From Schmidtea polychroa (Eukaryota), in the NCBI GenBank assembly GCA_044892525.1, contig CM097885.1, positions 38,380,001 through 38,444,000 of the forward strand: a stretch of 64,000 bases of DNA. Reading direction: 5' to 3'. The notes under the pieces were generated by a model that had not been told where the DNA came from, did no database searches, and saw only the letters and a list, made by a program, of their open reading frames with translations. This document shows positions 1 to 15,147 of the stretch, one piece after another; within the stretch, counting starts at the first letter, position 1; each line of letters opens with the position of its first letter. The translations under genes were made by a program, and so were the position numbers.

Positions 1-81
<81 letters not shown>

Positions 82-324
82 GTATTATTGTTATATATTA
101 TTTAAGTTAAAAATTAATTTTCTTTGAAAAATATGTTTTAAATTAACTTCCTTTTAGCAAAAAATTCTAGATGTTAATTTTATTTAAAAATAATTTATCT
201 GGAATAAAAAATACAATTAATGGAAAACTTATATTTGTAATGGATAAAATCATTTTATCAAGTGATTAATTATAAGAAACAGTTTTTGTAACACTAGTTT
301 TATCACATATGTATAATAAATGTT

Positions 325-384
<60 letters not shown>

Positions 385-3300
385 GTAACGAAAATTAAGA
401 AGTTAAAAAAATGAAATAAACGATGGAGAATTATTTAAAAAATCTTTATTTATTTTTTAAGTGTCAACTAAGTTTATTTTGAATCTTTTTTAGGGAAAAA
501 TTTACAAAAGATCTGAATTTCATTCCTAACATAATGGGCAATGGGTACAAGAGAATAATTGGAGGATTAATTGTTGAATGACACTGATCAGAAATAGTTC
601 ATATTTTCCGCGATAATAACTCAATCATATCAATCATTTCATCGCGAAATTAGACTCAATTTTTTCGTGGATTTGTAGTTGGTGATTAATTATTCCACTT
701 TGAAAACTTTCTCCAGCATCTCTCTCTCTATTTCTCTTTCTCCATATATTTATGTATAATAATTAGATTCGTTTGAAAATGAAGGATAAAATCATTCTCC
801 AATTCAACTGGTTTTTGAACATAACCCAGCCATTGTAGCGTAAAACGAATTTTGCCTGATCTTCCGCTATTGCAGTGGGCTATTCAACTGAAACAATACC
901 CAAAGCTGATAAAGGGAAGTTTAACGGCAACAGTAATAACACTTGATCAATAGGTTGAACCACTTTGACAGCCGATTATGTGGCTTTGTCATTAATAAAT
1001 ATAAAGTCGTCTATTTTATATAAAAAAATTCTGAATAAAAGCTAATTCAGTGTTTGGAATATATATATATATATATACTACTGACAAATGTCCATGAAAA
1101 AATTCCCTAAAATTTTCGAAATTTTTATTGCCATAATTTTTTGCTCTATTAATTTGAGTTAAATAAATCGATTTTATTGAATCTTCCAACTTGTAAATGT
1201 GAGAATAAATTATCTTCCTTCCGGTGTAGACGGCGAAAATTTGAACATTCAATTAAAGGGGAAAAATTTCGGAAAATATTTCAATCATTTATCATAGCGA
1301 ACTCAGATTTCAACTTGGCGTGTTTTATCGGCATTTCTTTTTATTATTTAGAATTTTAGTTTTTTTTAAATTTATTGTTTATCCAATTTTCAATTTGAAT
1401 TTCTTAAGAAATTATAATCATTTTATAATATTCGTCAAACAATATTACTCACGGAATTTATCAGATCTGTGCGTCAGTTTGTTGTTCATTGTGTAATTAA
1501 TACAAAATTAAAATAAATTAGAATTTTGCAATAACATTTAGTTATAACCGACAACATGATAATTTCATTTTAACGTTATATGAATCATGCATAATTTGTC
1601 CAATCTAACAAAATATTTCTTTTAAAATTGTTATACTATGTTAAATATTGATAAATTAATTTAAATAAATGTTTACTAATATTCTCTAAAATTTATTAAT
1701 GTAATAATTATTATAATAAATGGGATAATCACGTAATTCCTTTATCCATTCCAGAGGTAACTTATATTTTTAAAAGAATTATTCTATTTCATTTTTACCC
1801 TATTCCTTTAATGCGAATATGAAAGATTGTAAATTAATGAAATAAATATTTATTTATAGCTTATCAATATAAGATTTATCCAATAACACTAGATTTATGG
1901 ACTGAGCCAATTGGATTCATTTAAAATTCTATTGCTACATATATATAATACTAATTTATTATTTTTTGAATACATATGTTGGTTTTTAGATACGTCATGA
2001 AATATAGGTAAATATTAATTACTCTCATCTGCCGATTGCCTCATTTCGCATATCGAATTAGGTATACCTATTAGGTATAACCTATTTTTACGGCTATTTT
2101 TACCCGTAAATCTAGTGTTAAACAAAATAATAAATTTTAAAATTAATTTAAAAACTATTTAACATATTGTATATATGAAAAAATATATAATATTTTAATT
2201 TATATGAAATAAAACGTTTTGGTATAAGGCCTGGAGTGTTGATAAATTTATTATTATTTCCTCTTTTTAAAAAAAATGTTGAACCTGAATGATCTAGTCA
2301 ATTTAAAGAAGAGGTTAACTTATCGTAACATTTAATTCCACGAAAATTCAAAAAAAAGAGTCCCTAACTTAAAGATGGAAAATCTTTCCAATTTTTTTCA
2401 AGAACTAAAAGATTAAGAAATTACATTAAAATAGTAACTTGTGAACTTAAAACTGTTTCATGAAATGTAAAATGCTATAAGGTAAACACTATCAAGTGTA
2501 AATAAAGGTCAAGCTAATATATACCATAGTAAACAGTCAAGACTACAAATTATGGACATCATTCCATGTGTACTTTTCACCTTGAATAATCACTATCATT
2601 AATTTGTGCAAATTATCTGAAGTGCAAATAAAACATGTCTATAAAGATATAATTTTATGATTTTACTAATTTAAAATTTGTTTATTTCTTAAGATTTTTT
2701 ATTCAATTTCAAATTTTAATAATAACAACAACTTATTGGTAACATTGGTGACTTTTGTCATTTATTGATTTGACACTATTTGTAATAATGTTTTCAGTCA
2801 GTGAAATGGCGTCGAACCCGCACTCGGCCATGGACAGTTTTCTAAAATTTGCACTTCACTATCGAATGATTTAAAATAAGGATATTCGTGCCGATTGTTT
2901 ACCTTATTATTAGTTTGTTTACCGTTGGCTTAGTTGCATCGGATATTGTCGGTGATGCCATGGATTATCTATGAAATAAACAATATCTTACTAAATACTG
3001 ATATTTTGTCAGAAAATTCATTACGAATTATATGGGACCATGTTAAGATAGATTAATCAAAAATTTTATTAATAACTCTCAATTACAAAGTGATAATTTT
3101 TTGGTAACAGCATTAATTAAATGTTAAGCAATTAAATGATAATTAAGGCCTTTTGTTGTATATATTTAATAAAATGAATGAATAAAAAAAGTCCTTTTCA
3201 ATTGAAATAGTTGAAAATATTTTCATTTTTATAAAATATATACTTCTCAACAAAAGGCTTAAATTATCATTTAATTGTTATTTTGTTACAAAATATCTAT

Positions 3301-4268
3301 CAAAAATTATATTAAAAAACTGTATCAGTTATTGAATTGAATTGAAGTATTTAATTTTTGAACTATAAAAATTTAAATTTAATTTTATTTGAAGTATGTA
3401 GAAAAATATTTTAAAAAAGAAATTATTGAAATATTTTAATTCTGGAAAACAGTTAAAAATAAAAAAAATAAGCAGAAATTAGATTAGAATTAGATTGAAA
3501 AAGATTATTTCATAATGGAAAATTCTCATTGGATAAAACTCGCAGCAAATGCTTACAATTATTGATCATTTATGCAGCAATGTAATGATGAGTAGCAATA
3601 GCAAGCTATTAAAGTAGCAATAATATATAAGTAGCAATATTTTAATATTTAATATAAAAAAACTAGTCTTAAATTGCATTTTATTTCTTATACAAACATA
3701 TTATTTATATTTAATTAACTTGCTGCATTTCCAATATTCTACTACCAAAAAAAAACTATGAAAATCTATTTTGAAATATTTTAGCCCGATACAATTCTGA
3801 GAAATTTATATAAAAACTTTTAAGTTTTCTGTATTTTAGTGTGCTTTTTCCCATATTGACTGCGTTTTACGTTGGATTAAGACTGAATTTTTAAGTGAAA
3901 TGATGCAACTAACAACATAAATCGCTGTCAAACTAACTAAAATAATGATGTAAATGTATTATTTTCAGAAAAAAGATTTCATCTTCAATAAGAGATTCTA
4001 TAGACTTCATTTACAACATAGTTAAATCGCGTGATTGATAGATGGCACATATATCATTCTTCAATTTGTCAAAAGGGTTTCTATTTTTTATTTATTTCTA
4101 ATTGAAGAATTCCTATAAAATTATATTAAGATAAGTCAGAGAGATAAATTTCAGCTTTAATACTTTCAAAGAAAAATCCTCTAATACTAAAGGGACTGTT
4201 TTTAATATTAATAAGACTTTAGATAATAAGATTTTTATAAAAAATATTTTCTAAATAAATATTATTAT

Positions 4269-4399
4269 ATGAACCTTTTTTTCAAATTTCACCACTAATT
4301 TCTTTTTCATTGAATTTATTAAAAGCTTGACTATGAATCAGTAAATATATCGATTTTTTTTGATATATTTACTGATTCGTTGCCAAGCTTTTTAATAAA
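4269..4399. mobile_element. Family-A 3' fragment folded back on itself (inverted repeat 4315-4399), HHR absent
   Basis: GAATCAGTAAATATATC / GATATATTTACTGATTC arms plus AAAAGCTTG / CAAGCTTTT. Confidence 0.7.
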
Positions 4400-5959
4400 T
4401 AAATAAATATTGTTTTAATCGACAGCACATAAGACAATTTACATTAAAATATTTTTGTTAAATATATTTCGTTTGAAATTGTTCGAGTTTAGTAAAAAAA
4501 TATGACTCACTAAAATGTTGAAAATAAGCAGGTGTGAAACGAAAAATCACAAAATGGAAAAATAATTTGAAAGTATTTAAATATAACCCAAAAATTATGA
4601 AATATGTCTAAAAAATATCCACGAAAAAACAAAAAAGAATTATTAAAACTTAACATTTCAATCTTGCATGATTTACTGTAATTTTGCAAACAGAGATGAT
4701 ACAGCAGTCTGATTTTGGTTTGTAATTATAAATAATGCTTCTCTTTATTTTATTTAATAATAGATATAATTTTATTTTTGTTTAAATTTCCTTTTTTCTT
4801 AAATGCATAATAAAAATGGAAAAAATAAATTTTAATGTTCTCGTTTAAATTTAAAATATATTTTCGAAATTTATTTACTAATTAAAGTTTATTTGATAGA
4901 TATTTCTCTCGAGTTTTGTTGGAAAAAAAATAATAGCTTCATCTTTTTCTTTCTTTAATATTTTGTTTTAATTCATTATTCAAGGAAATTGAAGAAATGT
5001 TGAAATTATTAACGCTACTTATTTAGAATTTTTGTTTTCATTTATGCTTTATATATTTTTTTCCAAATTTCTTTCAATCATGTTGCTTTAAATTATTGAT
5101 CTGAATTCATATAAACAAAATAAAATGTCAATTTCAATTAAATTCACAAAATTGTTTATTTAGATTAAATGAAATTCGAAAGAATAATTATAATTAAAAA
5201 AATAATGAATTTCTTTACAAAGCATTGGCTAAAAATCGAGAAAACAAAATATAAATAACCAAATACAAAAATTTGATACATTTCGACTTTAGGATGCTGT
5301 TAATTTCCCTAACTTCTCACAGGATTCTCTATTGACCAGTCTCGAACAATTAAACTTAGCAAATAGAAATCAGTCAAACAATTTAAACAAACATTTATCT
5401 TTAATTAGATGGTTATTTTTGTTTAAGTTTTCCCACACAATTATTTAGATATTTATTTAAAAAAAAATTTAAATATTAGCAAATTGTTATTTTAAACAAC
5501 AATATTATTACTTATCTTTAATAAACCTTTCAAAGAATATTTCTTTACGGTTTCTTGATTTTCACTTGACATGTTTGACAAAATATAACAATTTAAACAA
5601 ATTTAAAATACTTTAAGAAATAATGCTCAAAATTGAAAAAAATGTATAATGTATAAAAATGTATAAATTTATTTGGATTTTAATACTGAAAAATTAAACC
5701 TTTTTGAATGTAATTTTTAAAAGTTTTCGGGAAGAAAATAAAGAAAAAAATCTTGTTCCAATATGAAGGCAGGAGCCAGAGTAGAAAGTAAGAATAAGAA
5801 AGGATAGGGTGTATTAGAATTTTGAATTTAGAAACTAGTTAATAGAAGGTCAAAAGAGAAAACGTACAAGTCCTTATAAATTAAATTAGTTTAATGTTTA
5901 AATAAATTAGTAATTAATTAATGTTGAATTAGTATTGAAGGTCTCATGATCTCAATTAC

Positions 5960-6372
5960 TATAATGTCAGTGATAATTCTTTTGAACGTGTGATATGTGA
6001 AGCATTATTGATAAGAACGTTTAATCCTAAAATTAATGTGCAGAATGCAGTGTGTTGAAATGTTTTTAATTAAGTTTTTGTATGTTGATGTATATTGAAT
6101 AATAGTTTTGATAAATAATTAAAAAAATAATAAAAATAATATTTTTAAAGAATATTAAAAGTTTAAAATAATTGTTTGTTGAAAATTAATTTTAAAAATA
6201 ATTATTTAAAATTGTTATTTATAATTTAAAAATTTATAGATTTTATAATTTGTTTATAAATTATCAATATTGTATAGTTATTCATCCGTTGTGAATGTAG
6301 GTAACCTGATGATGATATTGATGCTATCAAAATATATAGTGAAAAAGATGTATGAATGGCGAAATTTATATT
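5960..6372 (+). mobile_element. Penelope 3' fragment with degenerate HHR at 6302-6342
   Basis: Encodes DNSFERVICEALLIRTFNPKINVQNAV; TAAC-CTGATGA-T-GATA..TATC-AAAA-TATA-TA-GTGA (G12 lost); tail similar to 27911-27935. Confidence 0.85.
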
Positions 6373-6395
6373 ATATTTATTGAAATTATTTTAAA

Positions 6396-6688
6396 CTAGC
6401 TGTTGTAGCCGGCATCGCACAAGTTTACATTTATTATAATAATTCATTTAAAATAATTTTTTTTTATTTTAGATATTTTAAAATAATCTCTGACATTTGA
6501 ATTTATCTTTTAAATAAAAATCGTTTAATAAATCAGAAAATAAAAATAATTTAAAACATTCAGAAAACACAGACAATCGAAAAATATAAACACTACTCAA
6601 ACAATATAAATTTAGTATATACGTTATATAATAAATTGCTGACCGGAAAGACAAACAAACAGACAAACTTTCATTTTTATAATATAGA
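6396..6688 (-). mobile_element. Non-autonomous Helitron
   Basis: Minus strand 5' TCTATATTATAAAAATGAAAG followed by GTTT/GTCT repeats, 3' GC-rich segment and CTAG; inserted between A and T. Confidence 0.8.
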
Positions 6689-8921
6689 TTATATTTTAAT
6701 CCTCAAGAACTAAATCTATCCAAGAATATAACCGACAAATATAAATTATCGGTGGAATGTATTAATTATAAAGATGAATTAGAAGATTTCAATTGTCATA
6801 AGAGCTTAATTAGCTTTGACTTTGCATACTATTCACAACCAAATATGATGATTGTCAATTCTCTATCATCACACCACGCAACAAAATTGTCAAACTCCTA
6901 TGCTTTTCGTGTTATTAATCATTTAATTACAGAATATCAATTCTCCAGTTCCCCAAATACAATTTCCTATAATAATAGTAACACACAAAAAATATTCAAG
7001 CCTTCCTCATTATTTTGTTAAAACTATTATATTTTTTGAAACATATCAAGAAACCGAAAAACTGGATTTCGAATTGAAATAAACAGAACATATTTTAGGT
7101 CAAAATATTTCAATTAATAAACACTGCAGAAATGGTTTACCTATTTATTTGAATTATATTTTTATAAAAAATTCATCTATCAACAAGTTACTCTAAAATA
7201 TCTCATTTACCCTTTACTTTTCAATTATAGATCAATGTTTTCGTTTAACAAAATTTTTAAATAGTTTTCCCCAACTGCTTATAATCCACAATTGAGATTT
7301 ACACAAAAGTATATGAAATATTGAATGAAACAAAAAAGGAGAAATAATATCCTAGTCCAACTTCCTTATCCAAAAAATGCAATTCATATATATGTCTGTA
7401 GAAATAACGATCTGATGTCTAATTAGACATTCTCAATTGAAATAAAAATTAATTATAAAAAAACAACAATTCATTAAATTAAAACAAATCAGTCAAAAAA
7501 TTGTATTTATCAATTTCTCCATATATTCATATCAATTTAGTAATCAGAATGAAATTCCATGATTTTTCCCCTATTTTTGTTTACGAGCCCCTTTGAAAAC
7601 ATTTCAAAATAAATAGTGATTTATTTTTGTTTTATATTTTGATTTATGAAAAAATAACTTATTTTGTTTAAATTGAAGTTTTTTTATAGAAACTTTTAAT
7701 AACAATAAATATGTAATTGAGAAATTATTTACAGAGCTGAAAATTAAGAAACGCTTCGAAATTGATGTTAACGCAAAATTTATTGATTTAAATAGATATT
7801 AATTAACTAATCGAAATTAATTAATTAATTCAAATAAAAATAATCAATTATCTTCATCTTCACTGCGTTTTCAACTTTTAAAATATAAATAAAATATTAA
7901 TCTATTATCTAAAAGAAAATTAATAAGAAAATTAAAGACAATTCAATGGTGAAAGGATCAAAGAATTTATTGATAAATCAATAATAATTCACAGAAAATC
8001 TGTTTGGATAATCAACTTAATTAGTGCATATCAGACTGGTCAATAATACCCCCCCCCCACTCCGCAAGGGATTTAAATTTATTAGTGTGTGATATGTTTT
8101 TAATTACATTTTTATGGGAACTTCAAATTTAATAATAAATCTTTTCCTATATGCTATAAAATATATCACTAAATCACAAATCTTAATTATTCCATGAATT
8201 TGTATAGGTCTTTTGAAGGATTAAAGTAATATCCAATATTACACAATATAGTTTCAGATAATCTAAATAATTAAATAGTAAGTAAAACCACAATTATATC
8301 TTCATTGAAAAGATAACAGTTGAAAAAATTTTTTTTTGAGAGCATTGTATTTAAAAATATAAATAGAGTGTAATAAAAAATTCACAAGTTTAATATAATT
8401 TATAAATCTTTTTCACTTTTTTGTTTTAATTTTACAAATTTTTATAATATTATAAAAATTAGTATTAAATGAAGAGTAAATATCAAAAGTGACATTTGCA
8501 TGAGATTTATCATTAATAATGACTTTATGAACAAGTTTTATGGAATATTTATTTGATCTATTTCTGATTTCTATGAATTAAATTTTCCATAATGACCATT
8601 GATGGATCCAATAAAATCTTATTAATAATCAATATCTTCTTTTAATTAATTATAATTTCAAGTCAGCTAATCTTTTTGAATTTGCTGAATTTTAAAATTT
8701 TCAAAAATACTATTATTAAAATGAAAATATTTATAAAATAATAAAACAATTGAAAACCATTCATATTTTTATCAAAGCATACATGATATGTCATAAATTA
8801 CATGAGAGAAATATACAATTATGGCTAGTTGGTAATTTAGAAGTTATATTTTTCATTAAATTAACATTTTTAAAAATAAATAATTAAACAAACATGACAA
8901 CGATTTAATTTTAAGAAAGCG

Positions 8922-9345
8922 CCATTGATTATTTTTTCCATTGAATTTATTAAAATGAGAGCTTGAAGACTATAAATCAGTAATATATCGATGTTTTATT
9001 GATACTCAGGAATTTTCAGAACTGTCTTTTTCAATTGAAAAATAATAATAAAAAGTGAAAAATAATAAATCTTTTTTAATTTGTTATAAATATATAAATA
9101 AGATTTTAAAAGATTTTAATTTTATTTTAGTATAATTTTTAATTTTAAAATTCTATAAATTTTTAAAAAATTGAAATTTAAAAATGTTTTTAATAAAAAC
9201 AGCAAAAATAATAAAACAACAAAAAAATTTACAAAACTATTTCAAAACACATTTAAAACTCAATAATAATAACTGCATAATAATTTTTCGATCCAATGAT
9301 TTTATCAACAATGCTTCACAAATTACACGTTCCTAATAATATTTT
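8922..9345 (-). mobile_element. Penelope 3' fragment ending in a family-A unit (degenerate HHR at about 9005-9040)
   Basis: Minus strand encodes ERVICEALLIKSLDRKIIMQ (about 9273-9332), then AT-rich UTR, then family-A sequence. Confidence 0.8.
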
Positions 9346-11648
9346 GAAATTTTTTAATAAATATATTTTAAATATTTTTTAATTTTATAATGTTAATATT
9401 TTTAATGAAATAAAATTGTCGTATTTATTAAGAATTTCAGGTGATTTTTAATTTATTTTCAAAAAGTAAGATTTATTAAATTTTTATTTTTATATGTATT
9501 TTTAAAGCATTCCTAAAATGTTTTCTTTCACATATGATTTTATGTGAATATAGTAATTTTCTCCACGTTTTGTAAATCCGATCAATCTTTTGATAAATTT
9601 TGGAATACCTAAAAATATTTAATTATAACTTACATTTTCGATGCTTTTCCTCTACAATTTCCATAATGCGCGGTAATTTCCCATAGTTTTTGTGCATTTA
9701 TGTGTAATTTTTATTATTGAATATTTACATTTTATTTTTCTTCTTTTCTATAGTACAGATATGTACACAAAATTTATGCCAGTCCCCTATAATTTTTGTC
9801 CTTATTTCAAGTAGGTGTGCATAAACATATATGCAAGTAGATGTCAATCGCATAACTTTTGTTTAAATTAGTTGGTGCACTATTTTTATATAATTATTTG
9901 TTAAAAAAGTTAATTATTATTAGTTATATTTTATTAATTAATTTATTTTCTCCAAACAGATTAACTTGCTCAGTTCAATCAATTTTTGGACAGAAATAAG
10001 ACTAAAGATCCTACTGCAAAAAAACAAAAAATTAAATGGTTTTAATTTTATTTGGAATTATTATTGTTATTATTTATTCAAGTCAATTTATTTTTGACGT
10101 ACTTATTCACAAATGTCTAGTTAAGTTGAGCGATGCATTCGTAACGGCCTGGAGTCCCATAACGACTTGATTGATGACAATGGATTCTGGAAACCAATTT
10201 TATGAATTTCCCATTTTCAGAATCAACTGTAGAATCATTATGTAAAATTTTGTTGTTATTTCTCTCGTTTTCCTTATTATTGATTTAAATGCTATTTTTT
10301 ATGATTTTTATTTTTAAAAATATTTGTAAAAAAATGGTTTTTTATAAAAGAAAAATTAAATATCTAATTATCAGCGTTTTTTATAATTCTTTTCGAAATT
10401 TCAGATACACTTGGACTGTATACAGATCTGCAAATTTCTTGAACCAACGGCGTGATAGAAAATTTAAATTCTTCGAATTTTCAAATGTATCGCCGAAAAA
10501 TTGAACTCTTCAAAAATACTCTTTGTCTTTTCCTAAATCGTCATGTGGCTCATTCGTGTCCTTTGTTGGTTTTTGTCTTCAATCCAAATAAATAATAATT
10601 TTTCCATATTTTCCATTACACTGTTTCTTTTTTTATTTAATGTAAACAAAAGATTTATTTAAAAGTTTCATTTAAAACAGGAAATCACACAGAGGTAAAC
10701 CGTAACAAATATATGTTTTAAAATGAAATTTAAATTTGGATAAAACTAGATTACGTAATCACCGTTACTCTCTTTCTGTTTTGAAATGCGCTTGCGTAAG
10801 AGTTTGCGTAAAATTATCCTAGAGGCCATAAATTGAGACAATTCAAAAAGACCACTTGAGCGATGTATAAGTGTATTTTATTTTTACAATTTAATTAACA
10901 AACAGGTTATGTAATTCGAATTTATTTCCAAAATAAAGAAGACTAAATTGAAAACAAAAATTAAAACAAATATCCATTTCCTATTCAATCTGATGGAATA
11001 TTAACCGGGTTGGGAAATCTCAGAAATAATTACAACAAATTCTCATGTCAGGTGAATCCTGATGAATTTTCAGGAAACCTACAAAACACGACTGAGCAGT
11101 AACAAATTCGATTATCTACAAAATATGAAGTAATCCTAATTAAAATGTTTTTCTTATTTCTTTATAATTACACAAAGAATAATTAGATAAAAATAATTTA
11201 CTGAATTAGAAAAAAAATTCGAGATTAAATTCTTTTTTTCCTATCTGGACGTTGATATATTTCACCATTGTTAAACCGAATTTTTTTTGGGAAAATTGGA
11301 TGAGTTACATTGAGCAGGGAGTCCCCAATAACAGATTTGCCATTAGGTTTAGAGTAAGTGGTTAATCTTATTTCTTATTTCAAATGAATATCTTAATAAA
11401 TATATAAATTATTATAAAGTAAATAATTACTCGGCCTAAGACGAAAAAATAAGTTGGGAAACATTTTTTTTCAATTTTTATTTATCATTTATTTCAAATA
11501 AGAAAAAGTTTCAAATTAAATTTTTAAATATAATTATTTAAACAAACAATTTTTAAAATATTAAATTGGTAAAAAATAAATATCAATTTTATTTACTTGG
11601 AGAAATTGAATTAATTATGTGTAGGGACAAAAGAATAATAAAAGCATT

Positions 11649-11716
<68 letters not shown>

Positions 11717-12128
11717 TCAACGAATACAATATAGTTTCGGAATGGCGACCGTTGCAATCCGAAATAAGAGCTTCACTTCGTATTTGTTCCATTTCCACGA
11801 ATGAAATTAGGTAAACTTCGAACAACGACAACATATAAATATGCGAAGAACAAAAAGATTGATGGTTATGCAATTATATATCCGATATTGAGGTGAAGAA
11901 GTACGACGTTCCACAAATTGTTGCGGTTCGACAGTTTTGAATAAATTTTGACTTTCTTTTGATCATTTTAAAACTAAGGTGGCCAGTAAATGATAATATT
12001 TAAACAACGTAATTTTTGTTTATTTTATTAATAATACATTTGCAATTTTAATTTAAATAACTAAATGTGCATGTTTCAGGCACTACATTGTGCAGCATTC
12101 GATAAAGAAAAGTTGATTTTCAGATAAT

Positions 12129-12975
12129 GTCATAATTCTGTTTTTACGCGAACTTAGTTTAACGCGATTCAACAAAAACATTACGTTCTTTTTTATGCGC
12201 TTTTATGTGATTTAATTTTTAAATTGAGTATTTATTTTGGCAAGCATAATTGTATTGAGGAAAGAGCTGTAAAATTTCTACGGGATGTGGGTAATTATTG
12301 AGAATTACATAACAGTTTTATCAAAACAGAAACGCAACCATTGAGAATGGATTTTTTACTAATATCAATGAAACACCAGCACTATTTGAGAATGAATATG
12401 AAGTGAAAATATGTCTAGTGACGAAAAAGACGTTCAAGACTTACATGCACGAATGGGCATTTCATCAGGTAGTGATAAGGCTTAAAAAATATAATTTATG
12501 CTATATTTTGGCATTTTTTGAATTATTGAAATGAATTTCTGATGTTTCGTTAAATTATGATTTTCTTTTGTTATATTTATATTTTTATTTATGTTTATTT
12601 TTGTTTTCTTATATAAATATTATTTACACAAACACATCTAATATCAGTGATGGGATTCACTTTTCTTTGGAACGGGTACGCTTTCTAATTTTTTATTTGA
12701 TTTGTAAAATGAAAAATCCGTACGCACTTACTAATGACTAAGAACTTATTAAGAACCAGTACGGGCGTACAGGAAGAATCACATCACAGTCTAATATTCA
12801 TTTAAATAAAAATTGTGTAAATCATGTATAAATATTCAGTTTGTATACTCTAATCACGTTATTTTAGTTGATTTTACAAATATAGGACCAATCAGCTACT
12901 TTTAAATAAATACCGTATATTCTTTCACGCGGGGTTTCGGGGAGCGTATCTATTGCGTAAAAATTGAATTAGGTG
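12129..12975. mobile_element. pogo/Tigger-like non-autonomous element
   Basis: Inverted ends TAATTCTGTTTTTACGCG / GCGTAAAAATTGAATTAGGTG-TA. Confidence 0.55.
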
Positions 12976-14672
12976 TAATATAAAAGAATCATGGATAGTC
13001 GAACGCATGTAAATTATAATGACATAAAATAAAACTTTTTAAAAAAGTTATTATGTATAAGTTATTATATAGATACTGCTAATACAATAAATTGTACGAA
13101 TTTGAATATATTGAGATCAACTTTACGAATTTTATGGTTTTTGCTTTTCGAATTACTAACTAAATAATACAAAGTTTTAAAATGGATATTCAATGCGATT
13201 TCTAATGGCAGACTAACTTAGAGTTTGTTTGTGTCTCATAGGCACCATGTAAGAAACACCATTCTACCCGGAATCCTACCTAGCAACATTGTGACCAAAA
13301 TTGTGATTGTGATACTATTCAATCACCTACCACGTTTGAATGTCATTGCAAACTTAAACTGTGTTTTCATTTATTTGGTGATACAGGGATGATATGATTT
13401 TTCCAGTTTGCAAGATATTAAATATTTTATATCCATTTGATAAGTGCGGTAAAAAATTTGTTAAATTCAATAAGGCGAAGTGGCTGAGTGATCAGATTCT
13501 CGGGTCATTTACAAAGTTGCAAGTTTGTATTCCGAGTGGGATTGAGTTTTCTTACACGATACCAATAGGAACCAAATAAACTCGAAATTAGTCAGGCATT
13601 CGAAATCGTATTGAATATCCCTTTAAAAACTTTATTTTACGTATTTATTTAAAATAATTAGAAATTAAATGATTTCAATAATTTTATTAATTTTAATTTT
13701 AGATAATTATTTTCAATTTCGAAATTGTTTGTTTTATTGAAATAAAATTCTTTAATTAAAAAAATAATATAATTGGATAGAATAATATGTATGCTTATTT
13801 AATTCTCGCTTAATTATCGGAAATAATTTTAAATAAATTTAATTAAATATATCTATTATTAGATTCAATTAAAATAATTTCAATTAATAGTTCTTACCGT
13901 TTTTAATATTAAAATCCTGAAGAATAACAAATATAATATTTCATAAATTTAAAATTTTTATATAACTTATGCTTAATTAAATTAATTTTTTCACTTTTAA
14001 AGATTATATTTGATGAATTAATTAAATAATTTACATTTCTATCATATCAATATTTCATTCCTTAAAAGTATATTCTTATTAAAAGTATATAAACTTTAGA
14101 GTACACAATTGGATTGAATAAAATAAAATTGAAAATAAACAGACAATATATATATATATATATAGTTAACACAAAAATATAATATAAAATAATTTTGCGG
14201 AACATTCCGCCCTAGGCATATGTCAATAGGAGTGGTGGACAGTCAGTATTTCATATGATACATTTCTCTCTGATCAATTTCGTTCATGTTAATCATCATC
14301 CGAGTCTGAGAAATCTCCTCAATCTCTAGAATTGCAGAGTGATAGAAATGAATTCTATGCCTGCTTTGTTGGTAACATTAATGTCACAAAATTATTATGC
14401 ATTTCCTTAAATTATATTTCTTTTCGTTTTCTTAACTAATCTATCAGGCATGTTATTTAATTAAAAAAGTGAAATAAATTCTAGTTAATTTGAAAATGTA
14501 AAACTTCTTATTTAGAAAGCCTCAACTTGATATTTCCCTCTTGATTCCAAAATTTCTGTGGAAAGATGTCCATAAAACCAAAGAAAGGCTCCAAATATGA
14601 GGTGGACAATAATTAGCGATTACAAATAAGAGATTTCAAAGTAACTTCTAGTAATTCGAGAAAAAGATCGGG

Positions 14673-14824
<152 letters not shown>

Positions 14825-14858
14825 TTTGATTCACAAAACGTATAATAATAATTGTTAA

Positions 14859-14897
14859 TAAAAAATTTTCGACTATAAGATAGTCCTTGTCAATTTC
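14859..14897 (-). ncRNA. Family-B minimal hammerhead, inverted copy
   Basis: Reverse complement GAAA-TTGACAA-G-GACTAT(CTT)ATAGTC-GAAA-ATT-T-TTTA. Confidence 0.68.
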
Positions 14898-14981
14898 CTG
14901 GAATTCTCATTGATAATTAAGAGAAAGGAAATAAAAGAAAGATTGAAAGGTATTTTGGGGAAGAACATTGCTAAATTCCAG

Positions 14982-15020
14982 GAGATTGACAAGGACTATC
15001 TTATAGTCGAAAATTTTTTC
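14982..15020 (+). ncRNA. Family-B minimal hammerhead, U3-A8 core
   Basis: GAGA-TTGACAA-G-GACTAT(CTT)ATAGTC-GAAA-ATT-T-TTTC; unit continues to about 15073 then (AAT)n. Confidence 0.72.
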
Positions 15021-15072
15021 ATTAAATACATTATTTGCAGCAAAAGGCTTAAATTATCATTTTATTGTTTTA

Positions 15073-15147
<75 letters not shown>

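Noticed and set aside
11059..11085. CTGATGA...GAAA near-match
   Set aside because: Stem II cannot form; CCTGA pairs with TCAGG instead.
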